Shown here piece by piece: positions 36,338 to 46,553 of a stretch of DNA of 64,000 nucleotides; within the stretch, counting starts at the first letter, position 1, and each line of letters begins with the position of its first letter. The stretch spans positions 20,032 through 84,031 of the IMG/VR virus record IMGVR_UViG_3300031519_000013, one strand, 5' to 3'. The position numbers and the translations under genes are program-made. The notes under the pieces are model-generated. The model was not told where the DNA came from and ran no database searches. It saw only the letters and a program-made list of their open reading frames with translations. This DNA is from a virus (lineage: Duplodnaviria; Caudoviricetes).

Positions 36338-37852
36338 ATGGCGAACGTTAGTAAAATTTTCGCAAAAGGCACTATTATTGCCATTACTGCCAAGGCAGAA
36401 ATTCCTGCGTCTGATGCCAACTTACTTCAATATAGTTGGAGAAAGAATGGGGCAGTTGTCACTAGTGTACTTACATCTGGAACTGCAACATTAATCACAT
36501 CAACACCTGGATCTTACGATGTGGTTGTTTCACACCCCAATGCAGACACAATTACATCTAATAGCTTTAACCTCTTTTACAGAGAACCAGAGGATATTAT
36601 TAGATTAATCTATCAAACTGGTGATTTTAGTAATATTGATTCCAATAGTGGAAATTTCACATCTTTCCAAGTAATTGATTGGAATATTGCTGAAAAAGAA
36701 TTTGAAATGGGTCCTGGTGTAGGAGATGCTGCTAGATTTGGTAATCCAGCTGGTGGTTGGTGGAGAGTATTTGCAAAAGAAAGAGATCTAAGTTTAGATG
36801 TTACTCTTAGAGGATCTTGTGGTGGTGAAGTTAGTAATTCAAGGATTTCTGGTCAGGGTGGGGAAGGAACTTTAAGAAGAACTTTTGAAACAAATCAATT
36901 ATATAGTTTTAGAATCGGTGATAGAAGAACTGGTGCAACTGATGACGTTCAATTGAATGGACCTAATGGTGGTAGAATTTTTAGTGGCAGTGGAGAATTT
37001 GGAGGTGGACAAACTTACATGAAACGTGGTGGTACTCTTGTTGCTGTATGTGGTGGTGGAGGAGGATCTGCAACAAATGCTGATGGTGGAGCTGGTGGTG
37101 GATTAAATGTGCCGGGAGAATCTGGACAAGGAAACGGGAGATCTGGTGGTAGTGTCTTTAATCCTGGTACTCAGATTAGTTACTCTGGATACCCAAGAAA
37201 TTTTGGTGTTCGTGCAATGACCAGATGTGGTCAAGATGCAAGAACTGGGGGAATGTTATGTACCTTTGAAAATAGTGCAGTTGACGTTCAGAACAATGGT
37301 GGATTTGGTGACAATAATGGTGGTGGAGGAGGATCAGGTCTTCAAGGTGGATCCGGTGGAAGATCTTCTAATGAAGGTGGATGTGGCGGATCAGGTTGGG
37401 CAAGTAGTGCTGTAACAGTTTTATCTGCATCGTTAGGTGGTGGTGGACAAGATCAGAATGGTAGTGTTAGAATTAGGCAGACTGGATTCAATAACTATAT
37501 TGTTCAGTGGTATCATATTACCGGGGTAAGACAAGGACTTATACCAACATTTAACTTGACTAATAATGGCAACTTTACTGCAACAGTAACTCCACAAAAC
37601 GTTGGTTTTGAAACTAATCAGGGACCAGAGTCTAGCAAACATTACTTAGTTGAATTTGAAGAACCATTCTCAAATACATTGTATAATATTACTTTTACTT
37701 TCATTGGAGATTTAACTGCCGCAGGGACACTAGTACCATCCTTTAATCCAATCATATTTGACAAGCAAGTTGGATCGTTTAGAGTTAAATTTGCAGATGC
37801 TGATGGAACACCTCATATTAGAGAGGCAATCTTCAAAGTAGAACCGGCATAA
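36338..37852 (+). CDS. Glycine-rich tail adhesin-like protein
   Basis: Ig-like YSWRKNG; AVCGGGGGS, GGGGGSGLQGG. Confidence 0.75.
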   Translation: MANVSKIFAKGTIIAITAKAEIPASDANLLQYSWRKNGAVVTSVLTSGTATLITSTPGSYDVVVSHPNADTITSNSFNLFYREPEDIIRLIYQTGDFSNIDSNSGNFTSFQVIDWNIAEKEFEMGPGVGDAARFGNPAGGWWRVFAKERDLSLDVTLRGSCGGEVSNSRISGQGGEGTLRRTFETNQLYSFRIGDRRTGATDDVQLNGPNGGRIFSGSGEFGGGQTYMKRGGTLVAVCGGGGGSATNADGGAGGGLNVPGESGQGNGRSGGSVFNPGTQISYSGYPRNFGVRAMTRCGQDARTGGMLCTFENSAVDVQNNGGFGDNNGGGGGSGLQGGSGGRSSNEGGCGGSGWASSAVTVLSASLGGGGQDQNGSVRIRQTGFNNYIVQWYHITGVRQGLIPTFNLTNNGNFTATVTPQNVGFETNQGPESSKHYLVEFEEPFSNTLYNITFTFIGDLTAAGTLVPSFNPIIFDKQVGSFRVKFADADGTPHIREAIFKVEPA

Positions 37853-37886
37853 ATAAGATATAAGACTGGGGGGAAAGTGAACTCCA

Positions 37887-38570
37887 ATGGCAATTAACAA
37901 AAATTTTGTTGTCAAGAACGGGTTAGAGGTCAATGCTGGCCAAATCTTTGCCGATTCTGCGAGCGCAAAAGTTGGTATTGGTAGTACATTACCCACAGTC
38001 GAACTTGATGTTCAAGGTGCCATTGCGGCGACGGATGTAGTTTCTTCTCTTTTGAGAGTTACTGGTTATTCAACGCTTCCCCAGGTCACAGTAAATAATA
38101 ATATGGTTATTAGTGGTATTACCACTGGTAATCATTTAAATGTATTAGGTATATCTTCATTATCAAATCTTAGAGTTGTTGGTGTATCAACTTTTGAGAA
38201 TAACGTCAACCTTGATGGTAACGTTAATGTAACTGGATTTTCAACGTTTGTGGGTCTTACCTCAATCGCTGGAAACTTAAAGGTTGCAGGATTCTCAACA
38301 TTTTCTAATTATATTCAGGCAACTGGTGGTGTCAACGTAGTTGGTACAGTTACTGCAACTGCTTTTGATGGTGCTTTCTCTGGTACTGGTATTAATATTG
38401 GTATTCAGTCCGAAGGAACCACAGTCAGTACAGCAACATCAACTATTAACTTTGTTCCCGTCAATGCTTCTGTTCGGGTTGATGCTTCCGATGGTGGTGC
38501 TGGTATTACAACTGTCACTTTTCAGTCCAGTGGTATTTCATTAGGACTAGCCATCGCATTAGGCGCTTAA
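37887..38570 (+). CDS. Tail fibre protein with hydrophobic C-terminal tip
   Basis: MAINKNFVVKNGLEV, V-GVSTF repeats, ends GISLGLAIALGA; CATAAATA at 37848. Confidence 0.75.
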   Translation: MAINKNFVVKNGLEVNAGQIFADSASAKVGIGSTLPTVELDVQGAIAATDVVSSLLRVTGYSTLPQVTVNNNMVISGITTGNHLNVLGISSLSNLRVVGVSTFENNVNLDGNVNVTGFSTFVGLTSIAGNLKVAGFSTFSNYIQATGGVNVVGTVTATAFDGAFSGTGINIGIQSEGTTVSTATSTINFVPVNASVRVDASDGGAGITTVTFQSSGISLGLAIALGA

Positions 38571-38601
38571 ACTATTATAACTATAATAAAGGACCAAAAC
38601 A

Positions 38602-39153
38602 ATGCCAGAGTCGTTTGCAAACAAATCCCAAAGGAGAGTAGGTGTGACCACTACGGTCAGAACTGCTTCCATTGGTGTTTCTACTGATAGAATCACTAAT
38701 ATTTCAACGTTTAACGTTAATCCTGGTGCTCTGGTAGATGCAAATCAGTTTATTGGAGGAACTCGCGTTCTTTCAGTTAACGTTGCTTCAAACTTTGGCA
38801 TCGGTGGATCTGTTACAGTAGACTCAACTTCTAATAATGTTGCTGCTGCTACTACTCAAACTGTTGGTTTTAATAGTGTTACGGCAATTGACACTCCCAT
38901 TGAGAAATCTATCCTAGTTGCCGGGACACTTGCTAATAATACAAATGATCAACTGAAAGCATCTGTTATTCTGTCACAACATAATAACGAGCACATTAAC
39001 ATTGTGCATGATGTTCCCATTCCTGCTGGATCTAGTTTAGTTTTATCTGATGCAGGTAAATTGGTTGTAGGTATCGGTAGCACTGTTTCAGTTTCTGTTA
39101 ACACAAATTCTGGTGTCGATGTAGCACTTAGTTTCCTGAGAGGGGTAACCTGA
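38602..39153 (+). CDS. Tail fibre-associated beta-sandwich protein
   Basis: IVHDVPIPAGSSLV...VDVALSFL. Confidence 0.65.
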   Translation: MPESFANKSQRRVGVTTTVRTASIGVSTDRITNISTFNVNPGALVDANQFIGGTRVLSVNVASNFGIGGSVTVDSTSNNVAAATTQTVGFNSVTAIDTPIEKSILVAGTLANNTNDQLKASVILSQHNNEHINIVHDVPIPAGSSLVLSDAGKLVVGIGSTVSVSVNTNSGVDVALSFLRGVT

Positions 39154-39154
39154 T

Positions 39155-39748
39155 ATGGCAAAGATTGGATACGTTGGCAATACACCGAACGCATCTTCGG
39201 TTGTTATTGCTAGACAATTCTATGAAGCTTCCGGAAGCGTAGGCATTGTTACATTTAATTCTGGATATACACCAGGTTATCTGGATGTATACCTAAACGG
39301 AATTAAATTATTAGATGCAACTGACTATTCTGCCTCTGATGGTACAACTGTTAACTTCACTAGTGATCTTACTGACGGAGATGTTGTTGAGTTAACTGCC
39401 TATAAAGCATTAACACTTGGCAAATCTAATATTGGTATTAATTCTGCTGGCACAATAATTGCCGCAGATGGTATCCAGACAATCAATTTCATTGGTGCTG
39501 GTAATACTTTCCTTCTTCGTGGAAATGAAATTGATATTTCTATCGAAGGTGGTGGTGCAATTGGTGTCTCATCTAATACATTTGGATCCCTAGTAGGAGC
39601 TGGATTTACACACTTCAACTTCGTTGGTGCAGCTGTTACTGCTCTGGGTAGTGGTGATGTCGGCGGTGCTAAAACTGCTGTCGTAACCATTAATAACACA
39701 TTATCAATTGGCACTCGTGCAGGCATTCAATATATCGTTTTAACCTAA
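39155..39748 (+). CDS. Tail fibre/baseplate-associated protein
   Basis: YTPGYLDVYLNGIKL..DYSASDGTTVNF module, shared with 47263..48369. Confidence 0.7.
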   Translation: MAKIGYVGNTPNASSVVIARQFYEASGSVGIVTFNSGYTPGYLDVYLNGIKLLDATDYSASDGTTVNFTSDLTDGDVVELTAYKALTLGKSNIGINSAGTIIAADGIQTINFIGAGNTFLLRGNEIDISIEGGGAIGVSSNTFGSLVGAGFTHFNFVGAAVTALGSGDVGGAKTAVVTINNTLSIGTRAGIQYIVLT

Positions 39749-39771
39749 ATATCATAACATAGCGTAGACTC

Positions 39772-40032
39772 ATGGCAGATAGAGTACCCCTAATTTTTAA
39801 TACATCTGCACAGCAGATTCAAGAACTTGGGTCTGGTGATGGACTTGATTTATCTGGGTCTCAGTTAAATACCGGAATTATGTCAGCAACGGCATATTCT
39901 ACTCCGGACTCTGTTAACACCTCAATTACTCTGGACAATCCAGATTATAATTATATGCAGGTTGGTCCAATTACTGTTGGTTTGGCTGCAACCATTACGG
40001 TTGGTGCTGGCGTTTCATATGTAGTAATCTGA
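39772..40032 (+). CDS. Small tail-associated protein
   Basis: MADRVPL; NYMQVGPITV...ITVGAGVSYVVI. Confidence 0.7.
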   Translation: MADRVPLIFNTSAQQIQELGSGDGLDLSGSQLNTGIMSATAYSTPDSVNTSITLDNPDYNYMQVGPITVGLAATITVGAGVSYVVI

Positions 40033-40039
40033 GGTATTC

Positions 40040-40285
40040 ATGTCAACTTTAAGAGTTATCAAAATCACAAATAAAGATGATGATGGTCCGGTAGAATTTA
40101 CCAAAGGTGCAATTCTGCCTGCTAACGAACAAATTGTCAGTTCAGATACTTTACAAACTGCTATTGAAGTATCAACATCTACCGGTGTTGTTACTGCAAC
40201 ATCATTTCACGGTAGTGGAATTGGTATTACCGGACTTAGTGGAACTTCCACAGGACTCGCTCTTGGTTTAATTTTAATCGGTTAA
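40040..40285 (+). CDS. Small fibre-like protein, paralog 1 of 3
   Basis: MSTLRVIKI, GVVTATSFHGSGIGITGL, ends GLALGLILIG. Confidence 0.7.
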   Translation: MSTLRVIKITNKDDDGPVEFTKGAILPANEQIVSSDTLQTAIEVSTSTGVVTATSFHGSGIGITGLSGTSTGLALGLILIG

Positions 40286-40289
40286 TAAT

Positions 40290-40523
40290 ATGTCTCAAAT
40301 TAAGGTTGATCAGATTGTTCATTCCGACAACATTAATCCTCCTACAATTAGCTTTGGTGCCACATGTGTATCAGGTCAAATTTTTAGTGCTCTCGGAGGA
40401 GTAACAGTATCTGGTGCTTGCACTGCCACGTCATTTGTTGGCGACGGATCAGCGTTGAGCGGTCTTCCTGTTGCTACGGTTGGGCAAATTATTGGTGCTA
40501 TTATGTCAGGAACATCGAGGTAA
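40290..40523 (+). CDS. Small fibre-like protein, paralog 2 of 3
   Basis: MSQIKVDQI, TATSFVGDGSALSGL, ends GQIIGAIMSG. Confidence 0.7.
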   Translation: MSQIKVDQIVHSDNINPPTISFGATCVSGQIFSALGGVTVSGACTATSFVGDGSALSGLPVATVGQIIGAIMSGTSR

Positions 40524-40526
40524 AAA

Positions 40527-40772
40527 ATGTCTAGAATCAGAGTAAATTCCCTTGTTAATAAGGACGATACTGGTGGAGTTACCTTTCTTAAAGGTGGAAA
40601 AATTCCAGCTGGACAAATTTTTAAAGTTGAAGGAGGTATAACAGCAGCAGGCATCATGACTGCATCATCCTTCATTGGAAACGGTGCTGCATTGACTAAC
40701 CTTAATACCATTACAGCATCTAGAACATATGGATTGGCACTAATCTTAGATCCATTACCATTTAGAGTCTAA
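40527..40772 (+). CDS. Small fibre-like protein, paralog 3 of 3
   Basis: MSRIRVNSL, TASSFIGNGAALTNL, ends YGLALILD. Confidence 0.7.
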   Translation: MSRIRVNSLVNKDDTGGVTFLKGGKIPAGQIFKVEGGITAAGIMTASSFIGNGAALTNLNTITASRTYGLALILDPLPFRV

Positions 40773-40781
40773 TCTCTTTAT

Positions 40782-40789
40782 TATAAATA
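40782..40789 (+). promoter_or_regulatory. T4-type late promoter
   Basis: Exact TATAAATA; near variants at 15925, 37848, 47236, 52757 also precede structural genes. Confidence 0.8.
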
Positions 40790-40823
40790 ATTCGAATAAA
40801 AATCACCACTACTTTATACTATC

Positions 40824-41219
40824 ATGGCCGGAGCTCCAAATATTGTAGGCGTCAGTACCATCACTGGCGTAACCACTGCATACAATCACGCATCTAATAA
40901 TCCTATCTGTCTTGTCAGCAATCCTCTGGGTTCTGAGAGGGTATATAAGATTAATAACGTTACTATTTCAAACGTTGATACGACAAACGCTGGTTTGGCA
41001 ACAGTTAAAACTCATGCCGGAACTGGTAGCTGGGGTTCGAATCCTGGTGCTGGCGTAAGTATTTCTGTTGTTAATCAATTGGGTATTGCAACAGGTGCAT
41101 CTATCGTTGTTGTTGATAGAGCATCCTCGTTCTATATTCAAGAGAATGAGTCTTTATCCGTACAAGCAAACGTTGCAAACTTATTGAACACCGTAATTTC
41201 TTATGAAATTATTCAGTGA
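40824..41219 (+). CDS. Tail fibre-associated beta-sandwich protein
   Basis: MAGAPNIVGVSTITGVT, KINNVTISNVD, YIQENESL, VISYEII. Confidence 0.7.
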   Translation: MAGAPNIVGVSTITGVTTAYNHASNNPICLVSNPLGSERVYKINNVTISNVDTTNAGLATVKTHAGTGSWGSNPGAGVSISVVNQLGIATGASIVVVDRASSFYIQENESLSVQANVANLLNTVISYEIIQ

Positions 41220-41250
41220 TTTCTAAGTAACACTACCTGGATCTATTTCA

Positions 41251-42336
41251 ATGCCAATTTCAAAGGGAATCAACGGTTTAACAAAACTTGGAAGGCGACA
41301 AGCTGCTTATTTTACGGGCATAGCTTCTAATGATGCGGATAAAGTTTATACCACTGCGACTGGTGACGCATATGAATACCAAACTGATGGCACCCTAACC
41401 ATTAACGCTACCATTGTTAATGCAAATCATGTAAAAACTGGAACTGACATTAGAGATCGTAATTATATTGGAGTGGATCCTGGTTCATTCAATGGTGCTA
41501 AATCCGTAGAGTACCTCGCCACCGGTGGTGGCGGCAGTGGTGGCGGACTCTGGTCTCCTACGCTTGGTGGTGGCGGCGGTGGTGGTGGCGCTGCTATTCA
41601 TGGAAATAGTCCCTTAGTTCCAGCACCATTAAGATCTGGTACTGCCTTCACATTTGTAAACAGTGGCGGTGTCGCCACCCGATTTAATGAGGTCAATGGT
41701 ACTGTGGTTCTTGGGGCACTTGTAATTGACATAGGCGCTGGTGGCAGTAGCGGGTCTGCTGGTGAAACTACCACTGCTGCTTTCCCAGTTCCATTTACTG
41801 CTGAACATGGATCCAGTAGTATTAGTGCTGAGGGTGGCGCTGGTGGTGGACAGGGTGGTGGTACTGCCGGATCTGCTAGTCCAGTAGGATCTGGCGGAGG
41901 TGGTGGATCCAACAACGGGGGCGCTGGTCCCGGTGGCCCAAGAGGAAATGCAGGAGGCGCTGGTGGCGGTCCTGGATATCAGGACAACCCCGGTGGTGGT
42001 GGAGGCGGTGGCGGTGGTTCAGGCGCCACCGGCTCCGCCGGTGGAAACGCCGGAGGCAGTGGTGCAACCGGTACAACATTGACTATTCCGGGTCGTCCAG
42101 TTAGTACAACACTTAGTCTTACCGGTGGTGGCGGCGGTGGTGGGCGAAGCGGACAACCTGGTCCAACGCATGGAAATAGATATCCAAGTAAATCCAATGG
42201 TGGTGCCGGTACTGGTTCCGGTGCTGGCGGATCATCTGCTCCTAACACTAACGCTGCTGGTGGCGGAGGTGGCGGTGGATATAACTCAACTCCTGGTAGC
42301 GGCGGTAATGGGATTGTTATTATGGTAATAAACTAA
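41251..42336 (+). CDS. Glycine-rich adhesin-like protein
   Basis: VEYLATGGGGSGG, many polyglycine runs, ends GSGGNGIVIMVIN. Confidence 0.8.
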   Translation: MPISKGINGLTKLGRRQAAYFTGIASNDADKVYTTATGDAYEYQTDGTLTINATIVNANHVKTGTDIRDRNYIGVDPGSFNGAKSVEYLATGGGGSGGGLWSPTLGGGGGGGGAAIHGNSPLVPAPLRSGTAFTFVNSGGVATRFNEVNGTVVLGALVIDIGAGGSSGSAGETTTAAFPVPFTAEHGSSSISAEGGAGGGQGGGTAGSASPVGSGGGGGSNNGGAGPGGPRGNAGGAGGGPGYQDNPGGGGGGGGGSGATGSAGGNAGGSGATGTTLTIPGRPVSTTLSLTGGGGGGGRSGQPGPTHGNRYPSKSNGGAGTGSGAGGSSAPNTNAAGGGGGGGYNSTPGSGGNGIVIMVIN

Positions 42337-42348
42337 TCATAATCTAAA

Positions 42349-42855
42349 ATGTCTATCAGATACTTTGCTAAAATTGATAAGAGCACGAATGAAATTTTAC
42401 GTGTTCATATAAAAAATGATTCCAAACCAAATTGGGATTCATTTTTGAGTGATACTAGTTACACTTGGAAAGAAAGTTTTCCTACTGCTCCGCTAGGTAT
42501 AGCAACGACTCGATATAATCCTGCAAGTATCGGATCAACATATTACGCTGATGCTGATGCATTCTTAGTGTCAAATCCTGGCATTGGAACGTCTAGAATT
42601 TTAAACAGTTCTACTTGGCAATGGGATCCTTCTGTTTCAGCACCATCGACACTTCCCAATATATACACGTGGGATGATGATTACTGTCAGTGGATTACTG
42701 TTTTTGGCCCTGGTAATAATGGTGGAATCGAGAACTCTGATCTTTTAGAAGATTTAGTTTCTCCTGCTGTTGGACCTGATGGAAGTAATGTTCCATATCT
42801 TACGCCAGTATATGCTCCTGATGGCACACAAGTGGGGACTGAACCCAAACTCTAA
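42349..42855 (+). CDS. Partner protein of glycine-rich adhesins
   Basis: YFAKID...WKESF...RYNPASIGSTY..DADAF...WQWD. Confidence 0.65.
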   Translation: MSIRYFAKIDKSTNEILRVHIKNDSKPNWDSFLSDTSYTWKESFPTAPLGIATTRYNPASIGSTYYADADAFLVSNPGIGTSRILNSSTWQWDPSVSAPSTLPNIYTWDDDYCQWITVFGPGNNGGIENSDLLEDLVSPAVGPDGSNVPYLTPVYAPDGTQVGTEPKL

Positions 42856-42872
42856 ATTATTTCTTTTTTATT

Positions 42873-43982
42873 ATGCCGTTGAGACCGATAATCAAATTCG
42901 ATAAGAACAATAATTTAATTTTAACGAGAGATGTAGATATATCGCAAGATAGATTTGCTGCTTTTGGTAACAGATATGTTGCCAATAAGTGGTGTGACAC
43001 AGAGTTTTACTTTCAATCTGATAACGGGATTGGAACAGAAAATTTTTATAACAAAGTTCCTTGGTGTGAAATACAGGGATTTTCTAATGCCAAATATTAT
43101 TGGGGAGAAGATGTCGCCAAGAAAGTAGAGGCAAAGGGATATATTTGTGGTGCAGCACCATTTGTATATGGTGAGTTTTTATTTAATGATCCAAATCCAG
43201 AAAGAAAATATAAAACAGTATTTTTACCAAAATCTGATTATCCATATAAAACTAACATTAAAGAAAAATGTCCAGAGATGGATAATTTTAGACAATTTTG
43301 TCTTGATTTAGATGGTGAAGATACAATTTTTATTTCTTATCCAATTGATTATACTGAGATTTGGAATTATAGGTTACCAAGACAAATTTACGATAAAATT
43401 TGGATGAATGGTATGCATGGTTTTGATCGCATGTGGATACCAACTCTACAACAATTGATCAGAAGAAGTAAAGTCATTCATGTTCCATCTATATTTTCAT
43501 CTACTGTTGCATATGCAACGTTTATGGGAACTCCTATTGAGTTTTATGATCATGATATCTATATTAGAGGGACAATACCTGATGATGAGCATCCAGCAGC
43601 TGTTCCATGGCAGGAAAAAATATCTAAGATGTACACTGTTGTTCCATCTGAAAAATCACCAGAGTGGAATACATTCATGAGATATTTGACTGATTGTTTT
43701 CGTGGTGATGGTCCAGATAAGTATTTTTGGTTAACAAAATTGCTTTCATTGGAAAGAGTGAAACCACCCGAAGAATTGTATGAAGATCTATTGATTTTGC
43801 ACAACAGATTTCTCCCCCATATCAAAAACAAAGAGGATAATCATAGATTCCCAGAATTTCCAATTAAACCCTGTTCAGCATCTCACAATTTTTACAACCC
43901 ACTGAAAGAAAAATGTGATATAATCATAGAGAAGTCAAAGAATGCATCTGATGATGCACATAGATATCTCTCCGAACTATGA
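42873..43982 (+). CDS. Putative glycosyltransferase-like protein, paralog 1
   Basis: GAAPFVY, VFLPKSD, SSTVAYATFMGTPIEFYD shared with 54630..55625; fold inferred. Confidence 0.45.
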   Translation: MPLRPIIKFDKNNNLILTRDVDISQDRFAAFGNRYVANKWCDTEFYFQSDNGIGTENFYNKVPWCEIQGFSNAKYYWGEDVAKKVEAKGYICGAAPFVYGEFLFNDPNPERKYKTVFLPKSDYPYKTNIKEKCPEMDNFRQFCLDLDGEDTIFISYPIDYTEIWNYRLPRQIYDKIWMNGMHGFDRMWIPTLQQLIRRSKVIHVPSIFSSTVAYATFMGTPIEFYDHDIYIRGTIPDDEHPAAVPWQEKISKMYTVVPSEKSPEWNTFMRYLTDCFRGDGPDKYFWLTKLLSLERVKPPEELYEDLLILHNRFLPHIKNKEDNHRFPEFPIKPCSASHNFYNPLKEKCDIIIEKSKNASDDAHRYLSEL

Positions 43983-44467
43983 AAATTATTGATAATGCTC
44001 TCAGTCAGAAACATTTTCTAGCATTAAAACTTTTCATGATGAATGAATGTGATTGGTATTTTTCAGAAAGTATTGTCACTGGTGAGGACGAAAACTTTCC
44101 TATGTGCTGCTTAACACATGCATTCTATGATTATAAAGACTATACTGTACATTGTTCCTCATCATATAATTTTCTTCTACCAATCATAAACATATTGCAA
44201 CCGACATCTTTGATAAGAATTAAGGCAAATATGTATATTAATCAAAATAAATTTGTGGAGCATGATTTACATACAGACAGTGATAAGGATATCAATGCAG
44301 CATTATTTTATGTGAATACAAACAACGGTAAAACTATCTTCGAAGGCGGAACAGAAATTGATAGTGTAGAAAATAGATTGGTAATATTTAAAGGCAATAC
44401 TCCTCATCGTAGTACAAATTGCACCGATCAATATCGTAGAGTGAACATCAATTTTAATTATACATGA
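43979..44467 (+). CDS. 2OG-Fe(II) oxygenase-like protein
   Basis: RIKAN, HTD...H...RVNINFNY. Confidence 0.8.
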   Translation: MKIIDNALSQKHFLALKLFMMNECDWYFSESIVTGEDENFPMCCLTHAFYDYKDYTVHCSSSYNFLLPIINILQPTSLIRIKANMYINQNKFVEHDLHTDSDKDINAALFYVNTNNGKTIFEGGTEIDSVENRLVIFKGNTPHRSTNCTDQYRRVNINFNYT

Positions 44468-45249
44468 ACTATAAAGAATGGAAGAACGACTTAACTAATA
44501 AAGTTTCTTATTATAATGGAAGTCCCATCCCATCATTTATTGAATTAAATTTGGGTCCAACATGCAATCGCAAATGTGATTTCTGTCCTAGGGCACATGG
44601 ATGGACGGACTCTGGCGATTATATGAGCTTAGAATCGATTCGGAAATTAAAAAGAGAGTTGTTAGAAATTGGATTCAGTGGTATGATATGCATATGTGGT
44701 TTTGGTGAACCACTTCAACATCCATATGTTATTGATGTAATTAATTTGTTGAAATGTGATCAGTGGGTTGTAGAACTTGTCACTAATGGAGATTTCTTAA
44801 CAAGAGAGATCGCAGAAACTCCCGATCATGTTGCTGTTAGCATGTATGATGGAGAGCATCAGATTAAAAAGTTTACTGATCTTCTTGGTGGTCTTAGTTT
44901 TTCTCTTCGTGAGAGGTGGCAAGACTTTGAAACACTTACCAATAGATCAGGTAGTGTAGATTATGGTGGTGATGTTGATATTACTCGACCTTGCAACTAT
45001 CCTTTATACTATATGTTTATCAATCATGATGGAGATGTTTACTTATGTCCACAAGATTGGTCAAAGAAACATGTATTTGGTAATGCTTTCTCACAAAATT
45101 TAATGGATGTTTGGACTTCTGCTAAATTTAGTGGATATAGACAAGTTCTTTTAACTAACAGGAACATAGAACCATGTAAGAACTGCAATACTTGTGGTTT
45201 AGTTTATGGCAATCAGTATCAGGAGGTATGGAATACACACTATGATTAG
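44464..45249 (+). CDS. Radical SAM/SPASM protein
   Basis: CNRKCDFC, GFGEPLQHP, TNG; SPASM-like CNYP..G.VYLC...C..C. Confidence 0.9.
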   Translation: MNYKEWKNDLTNKVSYYNGSPIPSFIELNLGPTCNRKCDFCPRAHGWTDSGDYMSLESIRKLKRELLEIGFSGMICICGFGEPLQHPYVIDVINLLKCDQWVVELVTNGDFLTREIAETPDHVAVSMYDGEHQIKKFTDLLGGLSFSLRERWQDFETLTNRSGSVDYGGDVDITRPCNYPLYYMFINHDGDVYLCPQDWSKKHVFGNAFSQNLMDVWTSAKFSGYRQVLLTNRNIEPCKNCNTCGLVYGNQYQEVWNTHYD

Positions 45250-45901
45250 TCTCGACTTTGAAGATATTGGTAGTAAAAGGTTCGTCAATAAAAGAACCTT
45301 TAATCCGCATACATCCGACAGATTATGTGAACAATATCCATCTATGAATAAGTTTGTTGATTTTGATGGAGGTAATCGTAGAAATTATCAGAGGGAACAT
45401 AAAAAGAGATTTATCTCGGTTGGATCTCAAATAAAGAACAATATATTCTCTACCTCTGCTGTAAACGGAGAGTGGTCTGGGTTTATTGAATATTTGAAGA
45501 GTGAAGAGTATAGTGAGTTTATAAAAGAAACTCTTGGGATTGATAGCTTTGAGTTGGGATTTGAGTGGGCAATTATCGATGATGGTAATGATCTCTGTCC
45601 TCATAGTGATTGTTGTAAGAAATTAGGAACACATTTATTCTTCTTCCCACACCTCTGTTGGAGAGGAGATGGTGGAGATTTTATGTTCTTAGATGATGCT
45701 AATAATACAAATAACCCAGAGATATTTGACTTTAAGACTCATAATGTGATAAAATATAGTGACAATTGTAGCATATTATTTGCAAACTCTGAAAATTTTC
45801 GCAATTGGCATTCAGTTACAGAAGTCAAGTCTCAAATATCAAGGAGAGTGTTTCAAGTTATCTTTTGGATGAAAGGTGACGTGAAATGCTATCAGACTTG
45901 A
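45242..45901 (+). CDS. 2OG-Fe(II) oxygenase-like protein
   Basis: PHSD, GGDF, WHSV, RRVFQV. Confidence 0.7.
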   Translation: MISLDFEDIGSKRFVNKRTFNPHTSDRLCEQYPSMNKFVDFDGGNRRNYQREHKKRFISVGSQIKNNIFSTSAVNGEWSGFIEYLKSEEYSEFIKETLGIDSFELGFEWAIIDDGNDLCPHSDCCKKLGTHLFFFPHLCWRGDGGDFMFLDDANNTNNPEIFDFKTHNVIKYSDNCSILFANSENFRNWHSVTEVKSQISRRVFQVIFWMKGDVKCYQT

Positions 45902-45932
45902 TCTAATATATAAACTATGAATTAATTATTAC

Positions 45933-46553
45933 ATGGCTTTCCAAAGCGTTTGGTATTATACTGACCTACCCATAGATGTTGTTGAAATACTTGAAAGAGA
46001 TTTAACAAGAGACTTTGATTCCCAAATGGGAGATTCTAGATTGCATGGAGATGCCCTCAATTTAGAAAAGCGTGATTCACAGAACGCTTGGATTCCAACA
46101 ACTCATTGGTTAGGTGGTTTCTTATGGCACTACATTCAACGTGCTAATCGTGAAAACTTTTTGTATGACCTAAGAAATATTGATGGTGAGGCAATGCAAT
46201 ATACTCGATATAAAGAAGGTCAATTCTATGGGTGGCATAATGATGCAGGTCTTCAAACACAATATAAACCAGTAGCAAATGGCAATCGTGCTGAGGGTGT
46301 AGCACAAGACTTTGTGAATGAGAACATTGAACTTGTTCGTAAATTATCTTTTGTATTACAACTCTCTGATCCTGATGATTATGAGGGTGGTAACCTACAA
46401 CTGTTAGATGAAGCTGGAAATTCCTACATTGTACCAAGGCAGAGGGGAACCATGATTTTATTTGACTCTCGCACACAACATCGTGTTCTTAAAGTTAAGA
46501 GTGGTGTTCGTAAGTCTATCGTCGGATGGACTGTTGGCCCTCGCTGGAAATAA
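45933..46553 (+). CDS. PKHD-type 2OG-Fe(II) hydroxylase
   Basis: YGWHND, RKLSFVLQLSDPDDYEGG, HRV..V.SGVRKSIVGW. Confidence 0.88.
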   Translation: MAFQSVWYYTDLPIDVVEILERDLTRDFDSQMGDSRLHGDALNLEKRDSQNAWIPTTHWLGGFLWHYIQRANRENFLYDLRNIDGEAMQYTRYKEGQFYGWHNDAGLQTQYKPVANGNRAEGVAQDFVNENIELVRKLSFVLQLSDPDDYEGGNLQLLDEAGNSYIVPRQRGTMILFDSRTQHRVLKVKSGVRKSIVGWTVGPRWK

